Positions 27,546 to 36,740 of a stretch of DNA of 48,737 nucleotides are shown in pieces. A program made the position numbers and the translations under genes. The stretch spans positions 1 to 48,737 of the forward strand of contig JBDRNE010000007.1 in the NCBI GenBank assembly GCA_043811395.1. The letters run 5' to 3'. Numbering within the stretch: the stretch's first letter is position 1; each line of letters starts with the position of its first letter. The notes under the pieces were generated by a model, which was given only the letters and a program-made list of their open reading frames with translations, was not told the origin of the DNA and did not search any database. The DNA is from Candidatus Omnitrophota bacterium. GTDB taxonomy: Bacteria > Omnitrophota > Gorgyraeia > Tantalellales > Tantalellaceae.

Positions 27546-28415
27546 CTAGCTGATCAACTTATGGTTTTCAAGCACTTGTCTCACTTTCTTCTCATTGTCT
27601 TTTTCCATTTCACAAAGAGGCAACCGCCACACCTTTTCTATCATTCCCATCATGTTAAGCGCGGTTTTTACCGGCAAAGGGTTTGTTTCAATAAACATCA
27701 CTTTACATAAATCCATGATCTCATAATGAATAGCGCGCGCTACCGAACACTTACCGTCTATAACTGCCTGAGTCAAATCATGTATTTTGTCTGGTACAAC
27801 ATTCGCGATAACGCTTACAACACCCGTAGCGCCTACCGACATAAACGGCAGTGTCATAGAGTCATCCCCGCTCATAACGGTTATGTCGCACAAAGAAAGA
27901 ATATCCACAACTTGCTGAACACTTCCCGCCGCTTCTTTGATCGCGGTAATATTATCAATTTTTGAAAGTCTCGCAACTGTCGCAGGCAAAAGGCTTATTC
28001 CCGTTCGAGAAGGCACATTATAAAGCATTATCGGGATATCCACATTCTTGGCAATCTCGGCATAATGCCGGTACTGCCCTTCCGGCGTTGGTTTGTTATA
28101 ATAAGGAGTTATTATTAGTGCTCCGTCACACCCGGCCTTTTTCGCGAATCCCGTAAGCTCAACCGCCTCACTCGTACTATTTGATCCAGTTCCAGCAACA
28201 ACCGGAAGACGTTTATCAGACATCTCTACCGTTATCTTTATGAGCCTCTTTTGCTCCTGAATGGTTAAGGTAGCGGCTTCTCCTGTGCAACCACACGGCA
28301 CCAAACCATCAGTACCATTATCAATATGAAACTCTATCAATTTACGAAACGCCTTTTCATCAATTTTACCGTCAATAAATGGAGTTGCTAACGCAACATA
28401 TGACCCTTTAAACAT
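27546..28415 (-). CDS. dapA: 4-hydroxy-tetrahydrodipicolinate synthase
   Basis: 289 aa. 'GCTGEAATL', 'LYNVPSRTG', Schiff-base lysine context 'ITAIKEA'. Confidence 0.93.
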   Translation of the reverse strand: MFKGSYVALATPFIDGKIDEKAFRKLIEFHIDNGTDGLVPCGCTGEAATLTIQEQKRLIKITVEMSDKRLPVVAGTGSNSTSEAVELTGFAKKAGCDGALIITPYYNKPTPEGQYRHYAEIAKNVDIPIMLYNVPSRTGISLLPATVARLSKIDNITAIKEAAGSVQQVVDILSLCDITVMSGDDSMTLPFMSVGATGVVSVIANVVPDKIHDLTQAVIDGKCSVARAIHYEIMDLCKVMFIETNPLPVKTALNMMGMIEKVWRLPLCEMEKDNEKKVRQVLENHKLIS

Positions 28416-28474
28416 TATTGCTCCTTTCGTGTCTTTTCATATCCCTATAATCCTGCAAAATACCCGCGGCTAAA

Positions 28475-29293
28475 CTAGAATTTTCCCTCGCATACAATCC
28501 GAGCTTTACCTTCAAGATAAACATCCGTAACTTTCCTACCATCAATTTTAAAATACACTATAACCTTTTCACCGCTTTCTGTCCGCAACGTTACGGGTGA
28601 CGTTACATGTTTCAATAAACCCAAAATAACCGCGGAGGCAGTAATCCCAGTGCCACAAGCTAATGTTTCATCTTCAACTCCACGCTCATATGTTCGAACG
28701 CGCGCGTAACTCGATTCAATATCCGATACAAAATCAACATTCGTGCCGGCCGGAGCAAACACCTTGTGCTCTCGAATTTTGAGACCAATACCTACAACAT
28801 CATATTTCTCCAAATCTTCTACCAGATGCACAACATGCGGAACACCTGTATTAATATGATGCACTTTTAAAATCATTGAATCAACCCCAAGATTAATATC
28901 AAGCTTTATATCTTTAGGATCGCTCATTTTTAATTTCACAGTATCAGCGTTACACGCGGCAGACAATATCCCGGCACCGGTCTCAATCGTAAGATTGTCC
29001 CCCCATCCGGAAACAGAAGCATAAAGCGCGCTACATCTTAACCCGTTTCCGCACATATCGACTTCGGACCCGTCGGGATTAAAAATACGCATTTTAAAAA
29101 CCGCGTTGTTAGAACCTTCTAAGACCAAAAGCCCGTCTGCGCCAATCGAAAGTTTTCTCTGACAGACATCCTGGGCAATCTTCGAATAGTCCAGGTTTTG
29201 GCTATTCAATTCCCCGTTTTTGTTATCAATAATGATAAAATCATTACCGCTTGCCACGGCTTTTATAAAACAAATTTTCGGTCTGGCGTTCAT
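28475..29293 (-). CDS. dapF: Diaminopimelate epimerase
   Basis: 272 aa. 'ASGNDFIII', catalytic Cys pair 'MCGNGLRC' and 'LACGTG'. Confidence 0.9.
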   Translation of the reverse strand: MNARPKICFIKAVASGNDFIIIDNKNGELNSQNLDYSKIAQDVCQRKLSIGADGLLVLEGSNNAVFKMRIFNPDGSEVDMCGNGLRCSALYASVSGWGDNLTIETGAGILSAACNADTVKLKMSDPKDIKLDINLGVDSMILKVHHINTGVPHVVHLVEDLEKYDVVGIGLKIREHKVFAPAGTNVDFVSDIESSYARVRTYERGVEDETLACGTGITASAVILGLLKHVTSPVTLRTESGEKVIVYFKIDGRKVTDVYLEGKARIVCEGKF

Positions 29294-29334
29294 TACATCC
29301 CTTCATCAAAAAAACAGTTATTTTCTATACTTCG

Positions 29335-30573
29335 CTATATAATTTTCTCTCCACGAATAAGGTCCCGGTAAGTTTCTGCTAAACGAATCACCTTGACCTC
29401 ATTCTGTTTTACCATTATTTCAGCTAGTCGCGGACGTGAATTATAATTTGACGACATAACAAACCCATAAGCACCCGCGCTCATAATCGCTATATATTCT
29501 CCCGGTAAAATTTCAGGAAGATCTCTGTTTAACGCAAAAAAATCTCCGCTCTCGCATATCGGGCCGACAACATCATATTTACAAAGCTTTCTCTCTCGTT
29601 TAATTAACGGCAAAATTTCATGATGCGCGTCATACAGGCTTGGACGAATAAGATCGTTCATTCCCGCGTCAACAATGGCAAATTTCTTTCCAGTCGAGCC
29701 AGTTTTAACATATAACACCTTTGTTACCAAAATACCGCTATTGCCGACAATAAACCTGCCCGGTTCAAAAATAAACTTTAATGGTTTATCTTTTAAAAGT
29801 GGAATAACCGCTTTCGCGAAATCATCTGCTGTGGTACTCTTTTCATTGTTATAGACAATTCCAAACCCGCCGCCAAGGTTCAGCCATTCGATCGTGATAT
29901 TACGCTCATCAATAAACTTTAAAACTTTTTTAATGGTTTTTACGAAAGGATCCGTTTCCGTTATCTGCGACCCGATATGCAGGTGTATTCCATTAAGAAC
30001 CACATGTGAATACTTGTTCGCATTGTCAAAAATTTCCTCAGCAGTATTAAAATCAATACCAAACTTTTTTTCTTTGGTGCCGGTTGTAATATAGTCATGC
30101 GTATCGGCTTTTACATCAGGGTTAATTCGAAGCGCGACGTTTGGCCTCTTTTTCAATCTTCGCGCGACAGTATCGATCATCATAAGTTCAGGGAGAGATT
30201 CAACATTAAAAAAAAGTATGCCTTTACGAATAGCGGTTGAAATCTCTTCTTCTGTTTTTCCGACACTCGCGTACACAATTTTTTCTGGCGGACATCCAAC
30301 CTTTAAAGCTTTGTAAAGCTCGCCCCCGGAAACAATATCCAATCCTGCTCCCGCGTTAACAAGGGCTTTGCACACATTCAGATTGGAATTAGATTTCATT
30401 GAAAAACATATAAGCGGGTCAATTTCATTAAAAGCGTTTTTGATTTTATTAAAATGATCCATTATTGTGCCGTAGCTATACAAATAAAAAGGTGTCGGGT
30501 GTTGTTTAACAACCTCGTCTAACGCCACATTTTCACAATTTAAGACTCTATTTTTATACTTATATTCCCTCAC
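29335..30573 (-). CDS. lysA: Diaminopimelate decarboxylase
   Basis: The ORF track start (TTG at 30642) overlaps argH by 29 nt. I prefer GTG at 30573, preceded by GGAAGGAG 5 nt upstream. 'TPFYLY', PLP lysine 'FSMKSNSN', 'GGGFG', 'CESGD'. Confidence 0.9.
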   Translation of the reverse strand: MREYKYKNRVLNCENVALDEVVKQHPTPFYLYSYGTIMDHFNKIKNAFNEIDPLICFSMKSNSNLNVCKALVNAGAGLDIVSGGELYKALKVGCPPEKIVYASVGKTEEEISTAIRKGILFFNVESLPELMMIDTVARRLKKRPNVALRINPDVKADTHDYITTGTKEKKFGIDFNTAEEIFDNANKYSHVVLNGIHLHIGSQITETDPFVKTIKKVLKFIDERNITIEWLNLGGGFGIVYNNEKSTTADDFAKAVIPLLKDKPLKFIFEPGRFIVGNSGILVTKVLYVKTGSTGKKFAIVDAGMNDLIRPSLYDAHHEILPLIKRERKLCKYDVVGPICESGDFFALNRDLPEILPGEYIAIMSAGAYGFVMSSNYNSRPRLAEIMVKQNEVKVIRLAETYRDLIRGEKII

Positions 30574-30613
30574 AAAATCTCCTTCCTCAAAGAAACAGTC
30601 TACTATATTGCCC

Positions 30614-31987
30614 TCATTTAAGCTTCTTCTTCCAGCGTTCAATTTCTTTTCTAACTAAACCAGGATTGGTACTACCGACTGTTTGCTTGTTCTTTACCGA
30701 AGTTTCCGCGTTTAAAAGACCGTAAATTTGTGTATCCAAGATATCAGAAAATTCTTTCAGTTCCGACAAAGTCAAATCGGAAATATTCAGATTATGTTCA
30801 TCGCAATGTTTAACAATTTTACCGACAACCTGATGAGCATCCTTAAAGGCCACTCCTTTGCGAACTAGATACTCTGCTAGATCAGTAGCATAAATAAACT
30901 CGTCATCAAGCATTTCTAAAGCGGCTTCTTTTTTCAAAATTATTGTTGAAACCAAATCCGCCATAATTTGCAACGCACTGGCAACGATTTTAACCGATTC
31001 AAAGAGCGGTTTTTTATCTTCCTGGAGATCCCGGTTATACGAATGAGGCAATCCCTTTAAAAGGATAAAAAGCGTGTTTAACGCGCTTATAACATACGCG
31101 GATTTCCCGCGGATTAATTCCAAAACATCCGGATTTTTTTTCTGAGGCATTAAAGAACTCCCAGTACAATATTCCGCGCCTATTTTCAAAAACCCAAACT
31201 CCGCGGTACTATAAAGTATAAAATCCTCGCTCATCCTAGATAGATGAACTGCCGCAAAACAAAGACCGGACACAAACTCGGCAATAAAATCCCTGTCGCT
31301 TACCGCGTCGATGCTGTTTTCCGAAACCTTTTTAAATCCAAACTTTTTTGCGACAAACTTTCTGTCTAATTTTAGCGCTGACCCCGCAAGCGCGCCAGAT
31401 CCCATAACAGAAACATTCAAACGTTTTGAAGCATCCTCAAGCCTTTCCCAGTCACGCTCAAGCATTTCTACATATGCCATCAATAGATGTGAAAAAAGAA
31501 TCGGCTGAGCGCGATTAATATGGGTATATCCGGGAACAATAATACCAAAAGTTTTTTCGGCTAATTCTGTAAGACTTTTTTGCAATCCCGCGATTAACAT
31601 TTTCACGGACTTAATGTTATCAACACAATACAAACGAACGTCATTAACCACCTGTTCGTTCCGAGACCTTCCAGTGTGTAGTTTTTTACCCGCTATTGGA
31701 ACGCGTTTTTCGACATACTCTTGCACCAACGAATGTATATCTTCATGTTTTTCGGAATATAACGAAGCAACATCGGTTTTTTCCAAAAGTTCATCTATAA
31801 CTTCCGTCAGTTCTTTTGCTTCTTCACTAGAGATAAACCCGCATTCAGCCAGCATTTCGACATGAATCTTACTGCTTAAACAATCATATTTAACAAGTTC
31901 TTTATCAACATCAAGACTCGATGTAAAATCCATAACCATAGGATTCATCTTCTCTTCAGAAAACCTCCCACCCCATAATTTACCCAT
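30614..31987 (-). CDS. argH: Argininosuccinate lyase
   Basis: 457 aa. 'LWGGRF', fumarate-lyase signature 'GSSLMPQKKNPD'. Confidence 0.95.
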   Translation of the reverse strand: MGKLWGGRFSEEKMNPMVMDFTSSLDVDKELVKYDCLSSKIHVEMLAECGFISSEEAKELTEVIDELLEKTDVASLYSEKHEDIHSLVQEYVEKRVPIAGKKLHTGRSRNEQVVNDVRLYCVDNIKSVKMLIAGLQKSLTELAEKTFGIIVPGYTHINRAQPILFSHLLMAYVEMLERDWERLEDASKRLNVSVMGSGALAGSALKLDRKFVAKKFGFKKVSENSIDAVSDRDFIAEFVSGLCFAAVHLSRMSEDFILYSTAEFGFLKIGAEYCTGSSLMPQKKNPDVLELIRGKSAYVISALNTLFILLKGLPHSYNRDLQEDKKPLFESVKIVASALQIMADLVSTIILKKEAALEMLDDEFIYATDLAEYLVRKGVAFKDAHQVVGKIVKHCDEHNLNISDLTLSELKEFSDILDTQIYGLLNAETSVKNKQTVGSTNPGLVRKEIERWKKKLK

Positions 31988-32031
31988 ACAACATCTCCTT
32001 TATTCACGTTGCACGCAATTTACGACACGCA

Positions 32032-32062
32032 CATTACTCCTGTCCCTACATATTTATCTTCA
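32032..32062. repeat. Family 1 repeat, half copy c (right arm only)
   Basis: CATTAC directly joined to TCCTGTCCCTACATATTTATCTTCA. The 17-mer CTACATATTTATCTTCA (32046-32062) is identical to 35686-35702. A second CTGTCCCT lies at 32073-32080. Confidence 0.6.
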
Positions 32063-32084
32063 ACAGAGACATCTGTCCCTGCAT

Positions 32085-33257
32085 CTATTTTTTAAACGGT
32101 AATGCCCATAAATCAATAAACCCTTTTGCTAAAGACTGATCAAAAACATCACCCTCACCATAAGTAGCTAACTGCATTTTATAGCGCGAATTCGGGCTTC
32201 GCCTGCCGCAAACCATTGCCTTGCCCTTATAAAGCTTAACTTTAACTTCCCCGTTAACATTTTCCTGAGTTTTATCAACAAACGTATCCAGCGCCTGTCT
32301 TAATGGAGTAAACCATAACCCGTTATAAATGAGCTCTGAATACCGAACCGCGATAAACTGTTTAAATCCGCGTACATCCCTATCCAAAACAAGTTCTTCC
32401 AATGCAAAATGCGCGGCATACAAGATTTCAGACGCCGGCGCTTCATAAATTTCACGAGACTTTATGCCTACTAGCCTATCTTCAACCATATCAACCCTGC
32501 CGACACCATGTTTAAGCCCTATTTTATTTAACTTTTCCACAAGTTCTACTGCACCATATTCTTTCCCGTTTAACGCTTTTGGAATGCCCTTATCAAACGT
32601 AATTTTAACGTATTCCGGTTTTTCAGGAGCTTTTTCAGGAGTATTAATGCTCACATACGTATCCACCGCGGGTTCACACCAGGGGTCTTCAAGACTTCCT
32701 CCCTCAACACTTATACCCCACAAATTGCGGTCTATGCTATAAAGCTTCTTCTTCGTCTGTTCTATCGGAATTTTGTGCTTTTTAGCATAATCAACTTCAG
32801 CTGACCTGGTTTTTAATTCCCATTCTCTCACCGGCGCTATTATTTTAAGTTCCGGCGCCATTAAAGCAAACGTAACTTCGAAGCGAACCTGGTCATTGCC
32901 TTTTCCGGTACATCCATGCGCAACAGCAACAGCTTTTTCCTGTTTAGCAAAAGCTATCATGGCAGAAGCTATAATTGGACGAGAAAGCGCTGTCGCAAGA
33001 TTATATTTGTTTTGATACAACGCGCCGGTTTTTAAAGTTTGAAAAGCATAATCTTTTATAAACTTCTCCCTCAAATCTCCAACTTCACATTTTGACGCAC
33101 CGATATCAAGCGCCCTTTTCCGGCTATTCTCCGTATCCTGACCTTGTCCAACGTCACCCATATAACAGACAACGTCATATCCCCTATCCATAAGCCATCT
33201 TATCGCAACCGACGTATCTAATCCGCCTGAGTATGCTAAAACTATTTTTTTTGACAT
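32085..33257 (-). CDS. argG: Argininosuccinate synthase
   Basis: 390 aa. 'AYSGGLDTS', 'HGCTGKGNDQVRFE'. Confidence 0.95.
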   Translation of the reverse strand: MSKKIVLAYSGGLDTSVAIRWLMDRGYDVVCYMGDVGQGQDTENSRKRALDIGASKCEVGDLREKFIKDYAFQTLKTGALYQNKYNLATALSRPIIASAMIAFAKQEKAVAVAHGCTGKGNDQVRFEVTFALMAPELKIIAPVREWELKTRSAEVDYAKKHKIPIEQTKKKLYSIDRNLWGISVEGGSLEDPWCEPAVDTYVSINTPEKAPEKPEYVKITFDKGIPKALNGKEYGAVELVEKLNKIGLKHGVGRVDMVEDRLVGIKSREIYEAPASEILYAAHFALEELVLDRDVRGFKQFIAVRYSELIYNGLWFTPLRQALDTFVDKTQENVNGEVKVKLYKGKAMVCGRRSPNSRYKMQLATYGEGDVFDQSLAKGFIDLWALPFKK

Positions 33258-33320
33258 ATTGTTTTCCCTTTCTCTATGAATATTTTAAAGGTTTTGCACA
33301 ATGGATAAATCACCCCTACT

Positions 33321-33395
33321 TGTCATTCCGGGCAAGACCAACAGCCGAGACCTGGAATCTCTATGAAAAACTTATAGATTCCGAATCCCTTCGAC
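33321..33395 (+). repeat. Family 2 GC-rich palindromic repeat (short copy) in the argF-argG spacer
   Basis: TGTCATTCCGGGCAAG...GGAATCT (33354-33360), loop, AGATTCC (33376-33382). Same layout as TGTCATCCTGAGCGAG...GGATCT/AGATTC at 42526-42578. Confidence 0.55.
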
Positions 33396-33495
33396 TTAAC
33401 TCTAGGCTGGCAAAACAGGTAAATCGAAATAACGAAACACACCGTTCGTATAAATCTATGTATGCACCGTTACCCTCTGCTCACAACTAAAAACA

Positions 33496-34407
33496 TTATA
33501 ACATTTTTAAAAGAATAGCTTTTTGTACATGCATTCTGTTTTCTGCCTGATCATAAATAATTGAATTTTTTCCATCAATAACATCTGTAACTTCTTCCCC
33601 GCGATGCGCGGGAAGACAATGCATAATCATAGCGTCTTTTTTTGCTGTACGCATAAGCTGAGCATTAACCTGAAACCTGGCAAAATCCTTAAGCTTCTTT
33701 TCTTTTTCCTGTTCCTGCCCCATGCTTACCCACACATCGGTGTAAACAATATCACTGTCTCGAACCGCCTCATATGGATCGGCAAATATTTCAACGATTG
33801 CTTTATTTTTTTTAGCCGTTTTTACAGCCTCGTCATAAATCTCTTTATTCGGTTCATACCCCTTTGGACAAGCTATTTTTATATTCACACCGGTTTTAGC
33901 GCACACCATGACGAGTGAATTAAGCACGTTGTTCCCGTCGCCTACATAGGAAATTGTTACGTTCCTCAACGTTTTTTTCTTTTCAAGCACGGTAAATATA
34001 TCACTCAACGCCTGGCACGGATGGGCTAAATCAGACAACCCGTTTATTACCGGCACCTCTGAATATTTAGCAAGTTCATAAATGTCTTTATGCGAAAAAA
34101 CCCGACCAACTATCCCGTCTACATACCGAGAAACAACCCTTGCAACGTCTTTAACAGGTTCCCTTTTTCCCATTTCTATTTCTCTCGGGCTAAGATATAA
34201 AACATATCCTCCTAAATGCACCATGGCAACTTCAAAAGATATACGTGTCCGGTTTGACGGTTTTTGGAACAAGAGCGCCAGAGTTTTATTCCTGAATTTA
34301 TGTTTTTTTGCTAATGGCTTTTTCTTTAACTTTTGCGTAAGCCGTAAAATGCTGAATATTTCCTCTCGTGACAAATCTGAAATCGTAACTAAATTTTTAG
34401 TTTTCAT
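33496..34407 (-). CDS. argF: Ornithine carbamoyltransferase
   Basis: 303 aa. Carbamoyl-phosphate motif 'FQKPSNRTRISFE', 'HPCQ', 'HCLPAHRGEE'. 4-nt ATGA overlap with argD. Confidence 0.92.
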   Translation of the reverse strand: MKTKNLVTISDLSREEIFSILRLTQKLKKKPLAKKHKFRNKTLALLFQKPSNRTRISFEVAMVHLGGYVLYLSPREIEMGKREPVKDVARVVSRYVDGIVGRVFSHKDIYELAKYSEVPVINGLSDLAHPCQALSDIFTVLEKKKTLRNVTISYVGDGNNVLNSLVMVCAKTGVNIKIACPKGYEPNKEIYDEAVKTAKKNKAIVEIFADPYEAVRDSDIVYTDVWVSMGQEQEKEKKLKDFARFQVNAQLMRTAKKDAMIMHCLPAHRGEEVTDVIDGKNSIIYDQAENRMHVQKAILLKML

Positions 34408-35585
34408 ACCGTCTCCAAAACTTTTGAAATTTTTTCAATTGCCAAATCAATCTCTTCTTTTGTGACATTGATAGGCGGCATAATACGTAATATATTTTTT
34501 TGTGTACAATTTATCAAAAGACCTTCTTTCATACACTCTACCGCCAAACTTGACGCATCTTCTAATTCCATCTCAACGCCAATCATAAGCCCCATCCCTT
34601 TTACCCTGCCTACAACCTTATTTTTATTCCTCAAATTATTCAACTTTCCAACGAAATAAGCGCCCATTTTGTTTGTATTCTCAAGTAAACTCTCTTCCTC
34701 TATGGCTTCAAAAACGCCTAACGCCGCGGCGGAAATTATAGGACTTCCACCAAAAGTAGACGCGTGAGATCCCGCACCTAGCACATCTTTGTGTTTTTCC
34801 GCGACCACCAAAGCTCCAATTGGAAACCCGCCACCTAAAGATTTTGCTAAAGTCATAGCATCCGGTTCTATCCCAAAATGTTTATATGCAAACATTTTAC
34901 CTGTACGCCCCATACACGTTTGTACTTCATCAACAATTAAAAGAATAGCTTTTTCTTGACAAAGCTTGTATAAACTCCGCATATATTCTTTTTCAGCCAC
35001 ATTAATACCGCCTTCGCCTTGTATCGGCTCCAGCATTATCGCCGCTGTCTTATCCGTAACAGCGTTAACAACAGCGTCAATGTTATTAAATGGAATATGC
35101 TTAAACCCTTCCGGCAAAGGTAAAAAACCTTCCTTCACCTTATCTTGCCCGGTAGCAGTCAAAGTGGCCAGAGTCCTGCCATGAAAAGACTTTTCCATGG
35201 TAATAACTTCATACTTTTTCCCCTGCCCATACCGGCGCGCCAGTTTTATAGCACCTTCATTGGCTTCCGCACCGCTATTTGAAAAAAATACTTTTCCCGG
35301 GAAAGAATATTCAATAATTTTTTTTGCCAACAAAGGCTGTACGTCATTATAAAAGTTATTTGATACGTGCAGTATCCGGCCTAATTGATGCGTCACTTTT
35401 TCAGCGACTTTTGGATGGCAATGCCCAATCCCGCTGACTGCCCATCCAGGAAAAAAATCAAGATACTTTTTTCCTAAAACATCTTCTACCCACGTACCCT
35501 GGCCCTTAACAAGACATAAATCCTGCCGCGTATAAGTGGACAAAACGTAATCATCATATAACTTTTTTATTTCATTAAAATTCAT
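34404..35585 (-). CDS. argD: Acetylornithine aminotransferase
   Basis: 393 aa class III aminotransferase. 'NSGAEANEGAIKLAR', 'DEVQTCMGRTGK', PLP lysine 'TLAKSLGGGFPIG'. Confidence 0.9.
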   Translation of the reverse strand: MNFNEIKKLYDDYVLSTYTRQDLCLVKGQGTWVEDVLGKKYLDFFPGWAVSGIGHCHPKVAEKVTHQLGRILHVSNNFYNDVQPLLAKKIIEYSFPGKVFFSNSGAEANEGAIKLARRYGQGKKYEVITMEKSFHGRTLATLTATGQDKVKEGFLPLPEGFKHIPFNNIDAVVNAVTDKTAAIMLEPIQGEGGINVAEKEYMRSLYKLCQEKAILLIVDEVQTCMGRTGKMFAYKHFGIEPDAMTLAKSLGGGFPIGALVVAEKHKDVLGAGSHASTFGGSPIISAAALGVFEAIEEESLLENTNKMGAYFVGKLNNLRNKNKVVGRVKGMGLMIGVEMELEDASSLAVECMKEGLLINCTQKNILRIMPPINVTKEEIDLAIEKISKVLETV

Positions 35586-35664
35586 CTTTGCTCCTTAATG
35601 AGACCTCTGTTTCAAAAAAACAAAAGCATAGTGAAACCATTGGTCAGATTAATGTTCGTGTCCG

Positions 35665-35702
35665 GGTACATGGCAAGACCTGTACCTACATATTTATCTT
35701 CA
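35665..35702. repeat. GC-rich hairpin repeat, family 1, copy d
   Basis: GGTACA (35665-35670), 10-nt loop, TGTACC (35681-35686), then CTACATATTTATCTTCA. Lies in the argB-argD spacer. Confidence 0.65.
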
Positions 35703-35763
35703 GCGAAGCCTATCGCTACATATGGAGATGCGACTTGCCATTGTATCTACACCAACGAACCGG

Positions 35764-36618
35764 CTAACCATTAACAATTTCAGTTCCAATTCCTTTATCT
35801 GTAAAAATTTCCAAAAGCAAAGCATGCGGAAGTGTCGCGTCAACAATATGAGCTTTTCTTACGTTCCCGCGTAACGCAAACAAACAAGACTTTACCTTCG
35901 GAACCATACCGCCTTGAATAACCTTCGTCTCAATTAAACAATTTGCTTGTTCAAATGTTAAAGAATGAAACAAAGATTTTAAATCAGATTTATCTTCCAT
36001 TACACCCCTAACATTTGTCAACACAACAAATTTTTCCGCGTCAAGAGCTACAGCAATATTGCTTGCAACTTCATCCGCGTTCACATTATACAATTTATCG
36101 TCTTTCCCTTTTCCAATAGGGCAAATTATCGGAATTATATTTGTATTCACAAGGCGATCTAAAACCGTAGTATCGATTGTCTCAATGCTTCCAACAAAAC
36201 CTAAATCAGGAGACTGGACTTTAACGGTTTGCACAATATTATTTTCTTTACCACTTAATCCAAAAGCTTCTCCCCCAAGCAAATTTATTTCATTTACTAA
36301 ATTCTTATTCACGCCCATAAGCACAGAATCAACAACACTCATGGATTTTTCGCATGTAACGCGTAACCCATCAATAAACCGTGTCTCAATATTCGCTGAC
36401 TTAAGCTTTTCGTTAATATGAGGACCACCGCCATGCACTAAAACTGGTTTCATCCCGGCATACCTCATAAACACTATGTCTTGTAAAACCATTTTTCTAG
36501 ATACATCATCATGCAAAGAGCTTCCGCCGAATTTGATAACAATTACTTTGTTAAAAAACTTTTTTATATACGGCAATGCTTCAATCAAAACTTCACTTTT
36601 TTTTATTGCCTCTTCCAT
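35764..36618 (-). CDS. argB: Acetylglutamate kinase
   Basis: The track gives 35764..36651. I prefer ATG at 36618, preceded by AGGAGGGG. 'VIKFGGSS', 'VLVHGGGP', 'NVNAD'. Confidence 0.93.
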   Translation of the reverse strand: MEEAIKKSEVLIEALPYIKKFFNKVIVIKFGGSSLHDDVSRKMVLQDIVFMRYAGMKPVLVHGGGPHINEKLKSANIETRFIDGLRVTCEKSMSVVDSVLMGVNKNLVNEINLLGGEAFGLSGKENNIVQTVKVQSPDLGFVGSIETIDTTVLDRLVNTNIIPIICPIGKGKDDKLYNVNADEVASNIAVALDAEKFVVLTNVRGVMEDKSDLKSLFHSLTFEQANCLIETKVIQGGMVPKVKSCLFALRGNVRKAHIVDATLPHALLLEIFTDKGIGTEIVNG

Positions 36619-36740
36619 AATAAAGCCCCTCCTGCAAAACGCGTGTATCAACCGGAATTACTTGCCATCTACCATTAACCAATAAAGTCTCATCACCATA
36701 CAAGCCTAGCGTCCACCTGACAAACCTACTAACATTTCTC

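Noticed and set aside
30574-30642. Track-annotated TTG start of lysA overlapping argH by 29 nt
   Set aside because: The N-terminal 23 residues are non-conserved-looking. A GTG at 30573 with a GGAAGGAG Shine-Dalgarno 5 nt upstream gives a typical LysA N-terminus, so I use the shorter model.
33233-33490. 85-aa plus-strand ORF in the argF-argG spacer
   Set aside because: It is a translation of the palindromic repeat ('LSFRARPTAETWNL'), it is antisense to the operon, and it begins inside argG.
13702-35702. Possibility that the short GC-rich palindromic repeats form a CRISPR array
   Set aside because: The copies are kilobases apart, each in a different intergenic spacer. There is no regular repeat-spacer periodicity and no cas genes.
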